A stretch of 32,000 nucleotides of DNA from Zygophlyctis sp. KS116 (Eukaryota; Fungi; Chytridiomycota). The stretch is from the NCBI GenBank assembly GCA_054661495.1, contig BAAFSQ010000006.1, forward strand, positions 66,161-98,160. Reading direction: 5' to 3'. Below are positions 31,534-32,000 of the stretch, one piece after another. The notes below the pieces were generated by a model. That model saw only the letters and a list, made by a program, of their open reading frames with translations, had not been told where the DNA came from and ran no database searches. The number at the start of each line of letters is the position of its first letter. Position 1 is the stretch's first letter. Position numbers and translations under genes: made by a program.

Positions 31534-32000
31534 TTACATGAAAATCATCCATATCAAATTCATCAAAGAAGCGTAATACATATCAAGATTTACTGCTTCA
31601 TTCGGTTTTGGTGTGTTGATGATTCCGGCAAGATTTAAAGAACAGGTATTTGACACCAAAGTATTTGAAGGACAGGGATATCCCCCATTATAAGCAGGAG
31701 AAGTATAATAAGTGGTCGTTATAGAGAATCCATTACATGTCCCAGTTGATGTTGATGTAGTCAAGCAATTTGCACAATTGGATGATGTCAAAGTATTTGA
31801 AGGACAGGGATATCCCCCATTATAAGCAGGAGAAGTATAATAAGTGGTGGTTATAGAGTATCCATTACTTGTCCCAGTTGATATTGATGTAGTCAAGCAA
31901 TTTGCACAATTGGATGATGTCAAAGTATTTGAAGGACAGGGATATCCCCCATTATAAGCAGGAGAAGTATAATAAGTGGTGGTTATAGAGTATCCATTAC
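31534..32000 (-). CDS. Partial Ser/Thr/Cys-rich repeat protein with degenerate thrombospondin type-1 (spondin-like) units; 5' part outside window, 3' end uncertain
   Basis: The frame is open from the window edge through 44-aa repeats TSSNCANCLTTSTSTGTCNGFSITTTYYTSPAYNGGYPCPSNTL. Confidence 0.55.
   Translation of the reverse strand, partial: NGYSITTTYYTSPAYNGGYPCPSNTLTSSNCANCLTTSISTGTSNGYSITTTYYTSPAYNGGYPCPSNTLTSSNCANCLTTSTSTGTCNGFSITTTYYTSPAYNGGYPCPSNTLVSNTCSLNLAGIINTPKPNEAVNLDMYYASLMNLIWMIFM
31657..32000. repeat. 132-bp tandem repeat, at least 2.6 copies, running off the window
   Basis: Units start at 31657, 31789 and 31921. The two complete copies differ at 4 positions. Confidence 0.97.

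Noticed and set aside
31657-32000. CRISPR array or telomeric repeat
   Set aside because: The context is eukaryotic, there are no unique spacers, and the unit is a multiple of three encoding an open frame.

Overview
This is eukaryotic, AT-rich, extremely gene-dense DNA, most consistent with a zoosporic (chytrid-like) fungus: fungal genes (PHO81, BUR1, Ecl1-like, TIM9, ATG8) sit alongside axonemal genes (SPEF1, LRRC9, CFAP77). I can reconstruct 19 intact protein-coding genes (the first cut by the window edge), an intron-containing tRNA-Ile(UAU), an orphan 3' fragment of folylpolyglutamate synthase, and a partial ORF made of a 132-bp coding tandem repeat at the right edge. The ORF track is fragmented because the genes are split by tiny spliceosomal introns. 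I placed 58 GT-AG introns by hand; 55 are 24-32 nt, with degenerate donors, many AAG acceptors and often no pyrimidine tract. The three exceptions (48, 55 and 57 nt) are about twice the modal length, all have full GTAWGT donors and all contain an internal AG at mini-intron distance, which suggests nested/two-step or alternative splicing. Intergenic spaces shrink to 30 nt between divergent start codons, and one pair of stop codons overlaps. All calls rest on motif recognition and manual translation; no searches were run.
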